Of a stretch of 64,000 nucleotides of DNA, positions 37,531 through 51,237 are shown piece after piece. The translations under genes were made by a program, and so were the position numbers. Positions within the stretch are counted from its first letter, which is position 1. Every line of letters starts with the position of its first letter. The notes beneath the pieces are model-generated. The model saw nothing but the letters and a program-made list of their open reading frames with translations. It was not told the DNA's origin and did not search any database. Source of the DNA: Squalus acanthias (lineage: Eukaryota); the NCBI GenBank assembly GCA_030390025.1, contig CM059433.1, positions 27,344,001 through 27,408,000 on the forward strand. The letters run 5' to 3'.

Positions 37531-39315
37531 ATAGTATCTCGTGCAGAATGACATAAAGGGATCATTCAGGCTCTAAAGGCAGTGGCAACGAAGACAACAA
37601 AGCTGATTCCGAGTGTCAAGGGAAAGAGCTATGAGGAACAAAGCATTTAAGAGACATCTTAGAGAGGGCCTTACAGTAACATATGATACTTAATTAGATA
37701 ACATAGACCCCAAACAGTACTTTCAGAGACTTCAGATCAATAAGACAAAAAAATACAGGTTAAACATTGTGATGGGTAAATTTAAGACAGATGTGAGGAA
37801 GTACTTACACAGGGTGATCAAAAGCTAGACAAGTTGCCAGTAAGGTTGGTCAATGCTAGGACAGTAGGCTTATTTAAGAAACAGCTATATGCTGCAATGG
37901 GTAGTTAGTAGGTTTAATATTCTGGAGAGCAAATGTCATGAAAGGCTTTCTTCATCGAAATCTATCTTGTGAATTCATATTTGGCTAGTTCTAATGAACA
38001 TTATCTTTCTCTTCCTGATGCCAATCAACTTGTTCTGCATTTTGTTTGTTTTTTTCATAATTTTGTTTGTTTTGACTGGGAAATGAGATTAGTGGAAAGA
38101 AACACATCCACTCTTCCCCATCTCATATTAGTCAATCACAGAGTTGCATTGATAATGGTCACAGCGTACCTTGTGCCCAGACTGGACTATTTCTGCCATT
38201 TCTGCTAAAGAAGACTCTTTGGCGACAGACAGGAAAGCATGTGTAACTAAATTAAAAACCATATTGATTCAAGTTCAACTAGTTCATCTTAATGTGGATG
38301 AATCCAAATGTCCTCACTGCATTTCATTTGTATTTTTATTCCACAGGCGTAGCACTTCAGGACCTATCATGTGCATGTGCCATACCATAGTCCACATTGT
38401 TACATAGTGCACTAATTTCAATAGGTTATTAAGACTATCACCTCTCCAGTTGGCTATTCCAGGGGTGATTTATCTGTCCCACAGCTCCAAGGGCATTACA
38501 GAATGGAAAAAAGGACTGAAGGTCTTCACCCTTTTTGCACTAGCATACATTTCCGATGGGCTGGGGGAGGACAGAGGAAGCTCCCTCTTCAAACAGGTGG
38601 GAATGTCATTAAAATATGTTAATGAATTGGGAATTCTGATATGTTGTCTCTCGGGATTTTTTGCAGCTTATGCACTGAATCTACGCTGCTTCTACAGGAT
38701 ACCGATATAACTGGCAGTCCAAAGTTGCTAAGCACTGAGCAGTATATAAAAGGTAAGTTCAAACAACAAGAAGGAAGAGCAAGTGAGCTATTTAAAATTA
38801 TTTCTGGCCCATTTTTCCTTTTTTTTCTCTTGACATTTAAGTTCCCATGAGTCTTTGAGCCCATGAGCTATTCCTGGCATCAGTGGGTATTACAAATTCG
38901 GGTCTTGTTTCAGATACTCTCCCAGGTACAGCAGTGCCGGTCACTCCCATAAGTGAACAACAACAACAACTTGTATTTATATAGCGCCTTTAACGTAGTA
39001 AAATGTCCCAAGGCGCTTCACAGGAGTATTATAAGACCAAAAATTTGACACCAAGCCACATAAGGAGAAATTAGGACAGATGACCAAAAGCTTGGTCAAA
39101 GAGGTAGCTTTTAAGGAGCGTCTTAAAGGAGGAAAGACAGGTAGAAAGGCGGAAAGGTTTAGTGAGGGAATTGCAGAGCTCAGGGCCTAGGCAACAGAAG
39201 GCACGTCCACCAATGGTTGAGTGATTATAATGCGGAGATGCCGGTGTTGGACTGGGGTGGACAAAATTGAGAGGTCGCACAACACCAGGTTATAGTCCAA
39301 CAGTTTTATTTGAAA

Positions 39316-39353
39316 TCACAAGCTTTCGGAGCTATCACTCCTTCCTCAGGTGA
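39316..39353 (-). ncRNA. Minimal hammerhead ribozyme motif (mirror copy)
   Basis: Exact reverse complement of 39385-39422. Confidence 0.75.
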
Positions 39354-39384
39354 AGTAAATTGGATCAATTGCATCCAATTTACT

Positions 39385-39422
39385 TCACCTGAGGAAGGAG
39401 TGATAGCTCCGAAAGCTTGTGA
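39385..39422 (+). ncRNA. Minimal hammerhead ribozyme motif
   Basis: tcac-CTGAGGA-a-ggagt-gata-gctcc-GAAA-gctt-gtga. Confidence 0.75.
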
Positions 39423-40989
39423 TTTCAAATAAAACTGTTGGACTATAACCTGGTGTTGTGCGACCTCTCAATTGAGTGATTATAATCAGGGTTGCTCAAG
39501 AGGGGAGAATTGGAGGAGCGCAGATATCTCGGGGGGGGGGGGTTGTGGAGCTGGAGGAGATTACAGAGAGAGGGAGGGGCGAGGCCATAGAGGGATTTGA
39601 AAACAAGGATGAGAATTTTGGAATCAAGGCGTTGCTTAACCGGGAGCCAATGTAGGTCAGCGAGCACAGGGGTGATGGGTGAACGGGACTTGGTGCGAGT
39701 TAGGACACGGACAGCTGAGTTTTGGATCACCTCAAGTTTACGTAGGGTATAAATTGTGAGGCCAGCCAGAAGTGCATTGCAATAGTCAAGTCTAGAGGTA
39801 ACAAAGGCATGGATGAGGGTTTCAGCAGTGGATGAGCTGAGGCAAGGGCAGAGACAGGCGATGTTATGGAGGTGGAAATAGGCGGTCTTAGTTATGCTGC
39901 GGATATGTGTTTAGAAGCTCATTTCAAGGTCAAATATGACACCAAGGTTGCGAACAGTGTGGTTCAGCTTCAGACAAATGTTAGGGAGAGGGACAGAGTC
40001 AGTGGTTGGGAACGGAATTCGTGGCGGGGTCTGAAAACAATGGCTTCGGTTTTCCCAATATTTAATTGGAGAAAATTTCTGCTCATCCAGAACTGGCTGT
40101 CAGACAAGCAGTCTGACAATTTAGACACCGAGAAGTGGTGGTGAGGTAGTGCTGGGTGTCGTCAGCGTACATGTGGAAACTGACGCTGTGTTTTTGGAAA
40201 ATGTCACCAAGTGGCAACATGTAGATGAGAAATAGGATGGGGCCAAGGATAGATCCTTGGGGGACACCAGAGGTAACGATGCGGGAGCGGGAAGAGAAGC
40301 CACTGCAGGTGATTCTCTGGCTACGTTTAGATAAGAATGGAACCAGGCGAGTGCAGTCCCACCCAGATGGACGACGGTGGAGTGGCATTGGAGGAGGATG
40401 GAGTGGTCAACCGTGTCAAAGGCTGCAGACAAGTCAAGAAGGACGAGGAGGGATAGTTTACTTTTGTCACAGTCACAAAGAATGTCATTGGAGATGGGGT
40501 GGTAGTTTGCAAGGAAGGAGGGGTCATGGGTTGGTTTTTTGAGGAGAGGGGTAATGACGGCAGATTTGAGGGAGAGGGGCACAGTACCTGAGGAGAGAGA
40601 ACTGTTAACAGTGTCAGCTAACATGGGAGCCAGAAAAGGAAGTTGGGTGGTCAGCAGTTTAGTTGGAATAGGGTAGAGGGAGCAGGAAGTGAGTCTCATG
40701 GACAAGATGAGCGCAGAGAGGCCATGAAGGGAGATCAGAGAGAAACTGGAGAAAGACGTGAGTTGAGGGCTAGGGCAGGGGGGAACCTTAGAGGAAGTTT
40801 GGCCCGGTGGGCTAGGGGAAGGAAGGGAAGTGGCAGAGGCAGCTGAACGAATGGTCTCAATCTTAGAGACAAAGAAGTTCATGAGCTCCTCAGACCTGTT
40901 TTTGGAGGTGAGGGTGGAGGAGACAGGGGAGAGGGATTTAAGATGGTTAGCAGTAGAGAATAGAAGCCGGGGTTTATCTTCGCATAGTG

Positions 40990-41268
40990 GTTACGGAACG
41001 GCAGCATAGTGGTTATATTACTGGACTAGGTAATCTAGAGGCCTGGACTAATGACCCGTAAAACACGAGTTCAAAATCCCACCATGGCAGCTGTGGAATT
41101 TAAACTCAGTTAAATAAATCTGGAATAAAAAGCTAGTATCAGTAATGGTAACCATGAAACTAATGGATTGTTGTAAAAACCCATCTGATACACTAATGCC
41201 CTTTCGGAAAGGAATTTTGCCACCCTTACCCGGTCTGGCCTATATGTGACTTCAGACCCACGGCAATA
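40990..41268 (+). mobile_element. tRNA-derived SINE split by a CR1 (continues at ~44052-44082)
   Basis: Homologous to 46174-46470; caat appears at both CR1 junctions. Confidence 0.7.
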
Positions 41269-44051
41269 AGAACATAACATAAGAACATAAGAACATAAGA
41301 AATAGGAGCAGGAGTAAGCCAATTGGCCCCTCGAGCCTGCTCCACCATTCAATAAGATCATGGCTGATCTGATCCTAACCGCCAATCTACCATCACAGAA
41401 CCAGCTCCTGAACCTAACAGAATTGGACACACAAAATAGGAGCAGGATCAGGCTACACGGCCCCTGGGCCAGCTACGCTACCCACAGGGCCATGACCGAT
41501 CCGAACCTAGACTCATGTCCAAATTCCTGCCCACTCCCCGTAACCCTTAATTCCCTTTACTTTTGGAAACTGTCTATTTCTGTTTTAAATTTATGTAATG
41601 ATGTAGCTTCTACAGCTTTTTGGGGCAGCATATTCCATGGACCTACCACCCTCTGAGTGAAATAGTTCCTTCTCATCTCAGTTTTGAAAGAGCAGCCCCT
41701 TATTCTAAGACTATGCCCCCTAGTTCTAGTTTCACCCATCATCGGGAACATCCTCCCCGCAGCCACCCGATCCAACCCCTTCACAATCTTATATGTTTCA
41801 ATAAGATCGCCTCTCATTCTTCTGAACTCCAATGAGTAGAGTCCCAATCTACCCAACCTCTCCTCATATGTCCATCCCCTCATCCCCGGGATTAACCGAG
41901 TGAACCTTCTTTGTACTGACTCGAGAGCAAGTATGTCTTTTCTTAAGTATGGACACCAAAACTGTATGCAGTATTCCAGGTGCGGTCTCACCAATACCTT
42001 GTACAACTGAAGCAATACCTCCCTATTTTTATATTCTATCCCCTTAGCAATGAAAGCCAACATTCCATTGGCCTTCTTAATCACTTGCTGCACCTGCATA
42101 CTAACCTTTTGAGTTTCGTGCACCAGGACCCCCAGATCCCTTTGTACTTCAGTACTTTCCAGTTTCTTGCCATTTAGATAATAACTTGCTCTACTATTTT
42201 TCCTGCCAAAGTGCATAACCTCACACTTTCCAGTATTGTATTCCATCTGCCAAATCTCTGCCCACTTACTTAGCCTGTCTATGTCCCCTTGCAGATTTTT
42301 TATGTCCTCCTCACTCACTACTTTCCCTCCCATCTTAGTATCATCTGCAAACTTTGATATGTTACACTCGGTCCCCTCCTCCAAATCGTTAATATAGATT
42401 GTAAAGAGTTGGGGACCCAGCACTGACCCCTGTGGAACACCACTAGTTACTGATTGCCAGTCTGAGAATGAACCATTTATCCCAACTCTCTGCCTTCTGT
42501 TAGATAGCCAATCCTCTATCCATGCCAGAATATTACCCCCAATCCCGTGATTTTTTATCTTAAGCAATAATCTTTTGTGTGGCACCTTGTCAAATGCCTT
42601 CTGGAAGTCTAAATACACCACATCCACTGGTTCCCCTTTATCCACCCTGTATGTTACTTCCTCAAAGAACTCCAGCAAATTTGTCAAACATGACTTCCCC
42701 TTCATAAAACCATGCTGACTTTATCCTGTTAAATTATGATTATCCAAATGTCCCGTTACTGTCTCCTTAATAATGGACTCCAAAATTTTACCTACCACAG
42801 ATGTTAGGCTAACCGGTCTATAGTTTCCAGCCTTCTGTCTACTGCCCTTTTTAAATAAGGGTGTTACATTAGCAGTTTTCCAGTCTGCCGGGATCTTTGC
42901 TGAGTCCAGGGAGTTTTGGAAAATTATTACCAATGCATCCACAATCCCTACCGCCACTTCCCTCAAGACCCTAGGATGTAAGCCATCAGGTCCAGGTGAT
43001 TTATCCGCCTTGAGTCCCATTATTTTACCGAGTACCACTTCCTTAGTGATTTTGATCGTGTTTAGCTCCTCCCCCCCTATAGCCCCCTGTTTGTCCAGTG
43101 TTGGGATATTCTTAGTGTCCTCTACTGTAAAGACTGATACAAAATATTCATTCAGTGTATTTGCCATCTCCATATTTCCCACCATTAATTTCCCGGTCTC
43201 ATCCTCTAAGGGACCAACATTTACTTTAGCCACCCTTTTTCTTTTTATATAACTATAAAAACTCTTACTATCTGTTTTTATATTTTTTGCTAATTTACTT
43301 TCATAATCTATCTTCCCTTTCTTAATCAATCTTTTTGTTATTTTTTGCTGTCTTTTAAAGTTTTCCCAATCCTCTATCCTCCCACTAGATTTTGCTACCT
43401 TATAAGCCCTTGCTTTTAGTCGAATATTATCCTTAATTTCTTTACTTAGCCATGGATGACTGTCTTTTCTTTTACACCCTTTTCTTCTCAGTGGAATATA
43501 TATTTTTTGGAAGTTGTAAAATAACTCCTTAAATGTACACCACTGATCATGTATCGTCTTACCCTTTAATCTATTTTCCCAATCCACTCTACTCAATTCT
43601 GCTCACATACCTTCATAGTCTCCTTTATTCAAGCTTAGCACGCTTGTTTGAGATCCAACCTTCTCACCCTCTAATTGAATCTGGAATTCAACCATATTAT
43701 GGTCACTCATTCCAAGGGGATCCTTTACTAAGACATTTTTAATTAATCCTGTCTCGTTACACAGGACCAGATCTAAGGTTGCTTGCCCCCTGGTCGGTTC
43801 AGTTACATACTGCTCAAGAAACCCATCCCTAATACACTCAATGAACTTATCTTCAAGGCAGCCCTGCCCAATTTGATTTGTCCAATTAATATGATAGTTA
43901 AAATCCCCCATAATTAAAGATGTTCCCTTATTACAAGCCTCAACTATTTCCTGATTGATACTCCGTCCAACAGAGTTGCAACTGTTCGGAGGCCTATAGA
44001 CTACGCCCACTGATGTTTTTTTCCCCTTATTATTCCTTATCTCCACCCAAA
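41269..44051 (-). mobile_element. 5'-truncated CR1 LINE, family 2
   Basis: ORF2 segments 43603-44050, 42721-43596 and 41557-42705; (ttcttatg)n tail. Confidence 0.92.
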
Positions 44052-44149
44052 CAATGGGGTTGACTTTTAACTGCCGTCTGAAATCTCCAATGACATCCTT
44101 TGTGACTGTATCAAACCACAAGGAAAAACAGTAAGAATAAAAACGATCG

Positions 44150-47100
44150 GACCATCCGGCATCGACCTAGGCATCGGCTTCAGAAGGCACACCCAGCCCA
44201 GTCAACCCTGCAAAGTCCTCCTCACGACCATCTGGGGACTTGTGCAAAAATTGGGGGAGATGTCCCACAGACTAGTCAAGCAACAGCCTGACATAGTCAT
44301 ACTCACAGCCATTCAGCCAACATTCCAGACTCCTCCATCACCATCCCTGAACATGTCCTGTCCCACCGGCAGGGTAGACCCACCAGAGCTGGCGGCACAG
44401 TTGGGAAGGAGTGGCCCTGGGAGTTGTCCACATTGATTCCGGACCCTATGAAGTCTCATGGCATCAGGTCAAACATGGGCAAGGAAACCTCCTGTTGAGT
44501 ACCACCTACCGTCCTCCCTCAGCTGATGAATCAGTACTCCTCCATGTTGAACACCACTTGGAAGAAGCACTGAGATTAGCAAGGGCTCTGGGTGGGGGAC
44601 TTCAATGTCCATCATCAAGAGTGGCTCGGTAGCACCACTTATGACTGAGCTGGCTGAATCTCAAAGGACATAGCTGCCAGACTGGGCCTGCGGCAGATGT
44701 TGAGAGAACCAACATGAGGGGAAAACCTACTTGACCTCATCCTCACCAATTTACCTATCGCAGATGCATCTGTCCATGACAGTATTGGTCGGAGTGACCA
44801 CCACATAGTCCTTGTGGAGACGAAGTCCCTTCTTCACACTGAGGACACCCTCCATTGTGTTGTGTGGCCCTACCACCGTGCTAAATGGGATAGATTCAGA
44901 ACAGATCTAGCTGCTCAAAACAGGGCATCCATGAGGCGCTGTGGGCCATCAGCAGCAACAGAATTGTAAACCACCACAATCTGTAACCTCATGGCCTGGC
45001 ATATCTCTCACTCTACCATTACCATCAAGCCAGGGGATCAACCCTGGTTCAATGAGGAGTGTGGAAGAGCATGCCAGAAGCAGCACCAGGTGTACCTAAA
45101 AATGAGGTGCTAACTTGGTGAAGCTGCAACACAGAACTACATGCATGCTAAACAGCAGAAGCAGCTGCAACCATCTTCAGCCACAAGTGCCGAGTGGATA
45201 ATCCATATCGGCCTACTCCTGAAATCCCCACCATCATAGAAGCCAGTCTTCAGCCAATTCGATTCACTCCACGTGATAACAAGAAACGGCTGAGCGCACT
45301 AGATACAGCAAAGGCTATGGGCCCTGACAACATCCAGGCTGTAGTGCTGAAGACTTGTGCTCCAGAACTAGCCACGCCTCTAGCCAAGCTGTTCCAGTAC
45401 AGCTACAACTACCTGATAAAGTGAAAATTGCCCAGGTATGTCCTGTCCACAAAAAGCAGGACAAATCCAATCCGGTCAATTACCGCCCCATCAGCCTACT
45501 ATCAATCATCAGCAAAGTGATAGAAGGTGTCGTCGATAGTGCTATTAAGCGGCACATACTCGCCCATAACCTGCTCACTAATGCTCAGTTTGGGTTCCGC
45601 CAGGACCACTCGGCTCCAGACCTCATTATAGCCTTGGTCCAAACATGGATAAAAGAGCTGAATTCTAGAGGTGAGGTGAGAGTGACTGACCTTGACATCA
45701 GGCAGCATTTGATCGAGTGTGGCATCAAGGAGCCCTAGTAAAATTGAAGTCAATGGGAATCGGGGGAAAACGCTCCACTGCCTGGAGTCATACCAAGCAC
45801 AAAGTGGTGGTTGGAGGTCAATCATCTCAGTCCCAGGACATCGCTGCAGGAGTTCCTCAGGGCAGTGTCCTAGGCCCAACCATCTTCAGCTGCTTCATTA
45901 ATAACCTTCCCTCCATCATAACGCCAGAAGTGGGAATGTTCGCTGATGATTGCACAGTGTTCAGTTCCATTCGCAACTCCTCAGATAATGAAGCAGTCCG
46001 TGCCCGCATGCAGCAAGACCTGGACAACATTCAGGCTTGGGCTCATAAGTGGCAAGTAACATTCGCACCACACAAGTGCCAAGCAATGATCATCTCCAAC
46101 AAGAGAGAGTCTAGCTACCACCCCTTGACATTCAATGGGATTACCATCGCCGAATCCTCCAACTGGGGGATATAACGGGAACAGTAGCGTAGTGGTTATG
46201 TTACTGGACTGGTAATCCAGAGGCCTGGACTACTGATCCGCAGCATAGGAGTTCAAATTCCACCATGGCAGCTGTGGAATTTACATTCAGTTAATTAAAT
46301 AAATCTGGAATAAAAAAACTACTATCAGTAATGGTAACCATGAAACTACCGGATTGTCGGAAAAACCCATTTGGTTTGCTAATGTTCTTTAGGGAAGGAA
46401 ATCTGCTGGTCTGGCCTATATGTGACTCCAGACCCACAGTCATGTGGTTGACTCTTAACTGCCCTCTGAAATGGCCTAGCCAAGCCACTCAGTTGTTCAA
46501 GGGCAATTAGCGATGGGCAATAAATGCTGGCCTTGCCAGCGATGCCCCCCATCCTGTGAACAAATAAAAAAAATACATCCACATCAATGTAACTGGACCA
46601 GCCACATAAATACTGTGGCTACAAGAGCAGGTCAGAGGCTGGGTATTCTGTGGCGAGTGACTCACCTCTTGACTCCCAAAGCCTTTCCACCATCTACAAG
46701 GCACAAGTCAGGAGTGTGATGGAATAGTCACCACTTGCCTGGAGGAGTACAGCTCCAACAACGCTCAAGAAGCTCGACACCATCCAGGGCAAAGCAGCCT
46801 GCTTAATTGACACCCCTTCCACCACCTTAAAAATTCACTCCCTCCACCACCAGCGCACCATAGCTGCAGTGTGTACCATCTACAAGATGCACTGCAGCAA
46901 CTCGCCAAGGCTTCTTCGACAGCACCTCCCAAACCCACGACCTCTACCCACCTAGAAGTATAAGGCCAGCAGGCGCATGGGAACCCTCCAAGTCACACAC
47001 CATTCTGACTTGGAAATATATCGTCACTGGGTCAAAATCCTGGAACTCCCTCCCTAACAGCACTGTGGGAGTACCTTCACCTCACAGACTGAAATGCTCA

Positions 47101-47200
47101 AGAAGGCGGCTCACCACCACCTTCTCAAGGGCAATTAGGGTTGGGCAATAAATGCTGGCCTTGCCAGCGACACCCACAACCCATGAATTAATTTAAAAAA
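44150..47200 (+). mobile_element. Degraded CR1/L2-group LINE (endonuclease + RT)
   Basis: YRPPS, AMGPDNI, NYRPISLLS, GVPQGSVLGP and FADD motifs; A-rich end. Confidence 0.8.
46174..46575 (+). mobile_element. tRNA-derived SINE inserted in the LINE whose 3' tail it shares
   Basis: A box tagcgtagtgg, B box gagttcaaattc; 46498-46560 matches the LINE end at 47125-47185. Confidence 0.75.
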
Positions 47201-50200
47201 AAGAGATCGAGCGTCTGATGTTTAGGGATGTGCCTGTACTGCCAATATCAAACCACACAATATAGCATAACCGAGGGGTTACTCCCATGTGTGCCACTCC
47301 AAGCTTTTTGAAGGCAAACCAAGAAAACACTTGGTAAGACGAGGCCAAATACAAATCGTTAAGCTGCTTTATTTTGAAGACAACAGATGAACATACAGAA
47401 CAATAGTTATGATCGGACTCAATTAAATCGGTACTAGTTTTTGCGTAATAATGAAAAATAATGAAGGTGCTATACTTCCATACATCAACAGGTCATCTTG
47501 TGCGACTTGAAACAAAATAACTCTCCTATACCTAACCTTCTAACTCTGGGAGAAAACAGACCCTGATTGATAGGCTGGCTTCCAGTCCGGTGGGGAACGC
47601 TGGACAGGAGCCCGCAGGTAGGTGCGAGCCCCGACCCCAAATGTGTCCAATCCCTGACCCGGGGGTGGGGTTCCGATCCCGGGCGGGGCTCGTGGTGGGG
47701 GAACTGGGAAGAAGCACTCCGGTGCCTCACAAAGATTGCTCCCCGAGGCTGTCCTCGTCTCGCTGCAGCTGCCACGATCCCAGGCCCGGGATATAGGGCA
47801 GACCACAGTTAAACCTGCAGATCAGGTTAAATCAGAGGCTTCCGGTCTCATATATTATTTAAAGTGCCAACCTACCTCCTGGGAACGGGTTGGCTGCCCT
47901 AACCCCGTCCCGCCTCCGTTAAACCCGGAAGAGGGTGGGTTGGAGGCAGGTTGGGGTCGGGATTCACATTTTTTATACTTTAACCTTCCAACCGACCCCA
48001 ACCCACCCGTGTTTTGGGGTTAAAATTCCCCCCAATGGGTGTGATGTGTTTGTCAATTTGTTTGACAGGCTAACAAACTTATAAACCCAACATTTAAATG
48101 TAACTGTTTTCCAAATACTTTTTGGGAAAAATGGTCAAAAATCCAGAAATGTGACAATGGTTTCCAATGGGAATCCCCTTATTTAAAGTGCTGGGAAGAA
48201 AAGGGAAAGGTCACTAAAGGAATGTCAGGGAGATCAAGTTGCATGAGGTGCTTTGTGCCCACCTGCCAGTATCTGCACACCCGTATCTGCAGAGGTGACC
48301 AAGATCTGTCAATGATTATGAAAGTAGACTGACCCCAGAAATCTGAGCACTGTTAGCACATTATCATCTAAACAGGATTAGTGCAACTGCTTTATCTTAT
48401 TGAAATGACTTGCACCAGTAGAGGAAAATTGACCTCCCATGTCTGCTTCTGCAATGGCTGGAAAAGGAGGACAGATTTTCATCACCTCCAACCCCACACC
48501 ACCCACCCCACCCCCACCACCTCCACCCACCCCCCCACCCCGCCCACAGTGCACTGTTCCTATCCGTCCCTGAGACTGCCAGAAATTCATCTCCAGGCCA
48601 TTTACAGGCCCACCCCCTGGCAGGGCCTAGCACTGGCGGTAGTTTCAGGAAAATCAGGGGCAACTCCAGGCCTCTTCTAGCACCTGAATTTACCTCACCC
48701 CTAATTCCTCTGGGAATAGAAAATGGTTTTAGCATGTTTAGAAGTATGATAAGAAATATTACAAAAATATCAAGCCAGGCGACAGAAACAAATAATGCAT
48801 TATTCTTATTGAGCTGTTGAGCGCAGAGATAATTTATTATGTTGCAGTAACTGGGACTGCACAGGTTAATTTCACAACCATACAAATAGCAACCAGCTGT
48901 TTGTAAATCCAATTGGACGAAAAATAGGTTTAAAAAAAGAACCGTTGGACACTTGAGAAATGTTCACTTTACTTATAAAGTTACCCAGGCAAATGTTAAA
49001 ATTTTATATTTTCCTTCAAAACTTAAAAATAAATGTCTAAAAAATATGAAAATACAGCATATAAAATTATTCTGAAGAACAAAATATTGATATATGGGCA
49101 AGAACTGATGGCTCTAAATGTTAATAGTGCAAACACTAATGAAATAGCATAATTAATGATCGGCAATGCAGGGGTGTTCAGAGCAAATCTGTACTTTCAC
49201 AAATTAAAAAAGTTTTCATGGATTGTAATAGTGTCTGTACAATTAATAAATGTGCAAAACCACATCTGTGACAACACTTCTGATGATGTCCCTGCTCAAT
49301 AATTCAATATTTAACATTCAAACTACACAGGGATATCTACACATAAGCATCTTACTTTGCTGGTGTCTGTGCCTTGCTAGGAATTTCGGATTGGCAAAAT
49401 GCTCATCTCTTTCTTGCATGCTAAGAAAATTATCTAATTTCACGATAGCATATGTAACAAATTCCTGCAAAATCGACAGGGCATGGGATTTTCTGTCTGG
49501 TTAGTTATTAATGAAGTAACTATAATAGCAATAATTCAAATAGTATTGATGCATCAAACAAGTACTTATGACTGCCCAAAGCTCCCAATTACTTCCAATC
49601 ATTTATAGTTATCTACAGATTCATACCGTGGAGCTGATTTGAAGTTATTCGTAGAACCATGCAGTGAACATTAACCTTAAAGTTAAAAAAAAAGTAACTT
49701 TCTTGCACATAACAAATCACTCATTCATAACATTGTGTTTTTTCAACAATTATGAGAAATGGCCTGACAAACATGCTGAAACATAAAGCAAAGCTGTGTT
49801 TCAGGGAGGATCAATCTCATCTACAGACTGTAGCATGACCACAGACAAATCATGTTTCAGATGTTAAAAGTTTATTTGGAACAGAAATCCCAACCGTCAC
49901 TTTTAACATTTTCTGCTTAATCATTAGTACTAATAATAAATAATCCATATAAACCTTAGTGTTCTTAATAACACAGCACAGCTTACACCTACTGCAAAAG
50001 TAAACAGCATTCTAATTTCAGATAAAATATTAGAAAGTCTTCTGAATTGTTCTTTAGTACAGTATTTTAGTGTCTACTTTTCGCTACCTTAACTTTGTAC
50101 AAATAAACTAATTAGAACCCATTTCAATTAATTCTGTATGAACATTAAATATTTAGAATGAAATAATTTGTTTTCAATGCCATGCCCAATACCAAAATCA

Positions 50201-50328
50201 GTCTTTCTTTTCACCATTTTTTTCACCATTTATAGAATTTTCTTTCCAGTTATGCACAATTACTTATATCAATAGTCAATGAGAATAAAGTGCTCAGAAG
50301 CATGCACTCTTTGATGTCAGTAGCTTAC

Positions 50329-50520
50329 CTTCGAAAGGGGTTGACAGCCGTTTTTGTACCAGCTGCAACCTCTAAGTTGGAAGTGTGGAGTGATGTTGCC
50401 CGAGTCTCTCTGCCCCCTGAACTGCACAAACTCGACTCGCTCTCACACTGTTCCATGTGGGTCTGGCAAATTGCCATTTGCTAACAGTCTTGCACACAGC
50501 TATTAGGGAGGCGTATCTCA
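50329..50520 (-). promoter_or_regulatory. Candidate non-coding exon 1 / promoter of col21a1
   Basis: Strong donor AG|GTAAGC at 50328; locally GC-richer segment in a ~2.5-kb island without recognisable repeats; TTTAAATA upstream at ~50545-50552. Confidence 0.35.
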
Positions 50521-51237
50521 AAGGGAAAGACTCTGCATTTGCTTTATTTAAAAGTTGTTCCACAATTTGCTTTGGTGAATCCAACAATCTAATTACTTTT
50601 AGGAACATCAGATTGACAATCCCTATGGTAACAGCTGGTGCTTAGTCAAAAACAAAACATTTCAAAAATTATGTTTTGTTTTTTTCCACATAATATTAGA
50701 ATTAACTATTATTCTTTCCGTTCTCCTCTGTGCTCTTATGCTCCTTAATTATTTTAAAAGGTAGAATAACAATACCTGCTGTTACTGCGTTAAACCTCCA
50801 AACAAAAAAACAGCTCACCCATAATAATGTTAGATCAGTATCAGTATTTCCAATGCCTGATACTTATCCAAGGTAGTTTTGCCAAAGTGATTACAAAATT
50901 AAAAAGGTGCAAAATGATTAATTTGTTGAGTTATTTTGGAGGAAAAGTAGTATTGGACCATATTATGTTTAACAGTTCGTTTTTGTTTCTGAGCCTATAA
51001 CGTAACAGTGACCTCTAGAGGAACTGGATTGCAGTTTTTTCAAAAAGTTTGTAAATAAACTTCTTCATTTTCTTTGCTTTTAATTGCTATACTGACATGA
51101 TTGTTTTACCTACATGATTATGTGCAGTTTAAGTGTGTGCAAACAACTGCTATATCTCATGCCTGAGAAAACAAAAGTTTACCTAGTAAATTTGAACTTT
51201 GGCTGCGAAATAAAGGACTGAAGTAATTAAGTTACTG

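Larger units (their letters stand above)
39232..39471. mobile_element. Palindromic Penelope-like insertion with two hammerhead motifs
   Basis: 15-bp TSD ttgagtgattataat (39217-39231, 39472-39486); 101-bp perfect inverted arms 39265-39365 / 39373-39473. Confidence 0.8.
38956..40985 (-). mobile_element. L2-clade LINE fragment
   Basis: LLDLSAAFDTVDH, GVPQGSILGP and YADDTQ motifs; (ttg)n tail. Confidence 0.85.

Noticed and set aside
38740..38760. TATATAAAAG directly followed by GTAAGT on the plus strand
   Set aside because: No supporting exon or ORF, and the spacing does not fit a promoter plus first exon.
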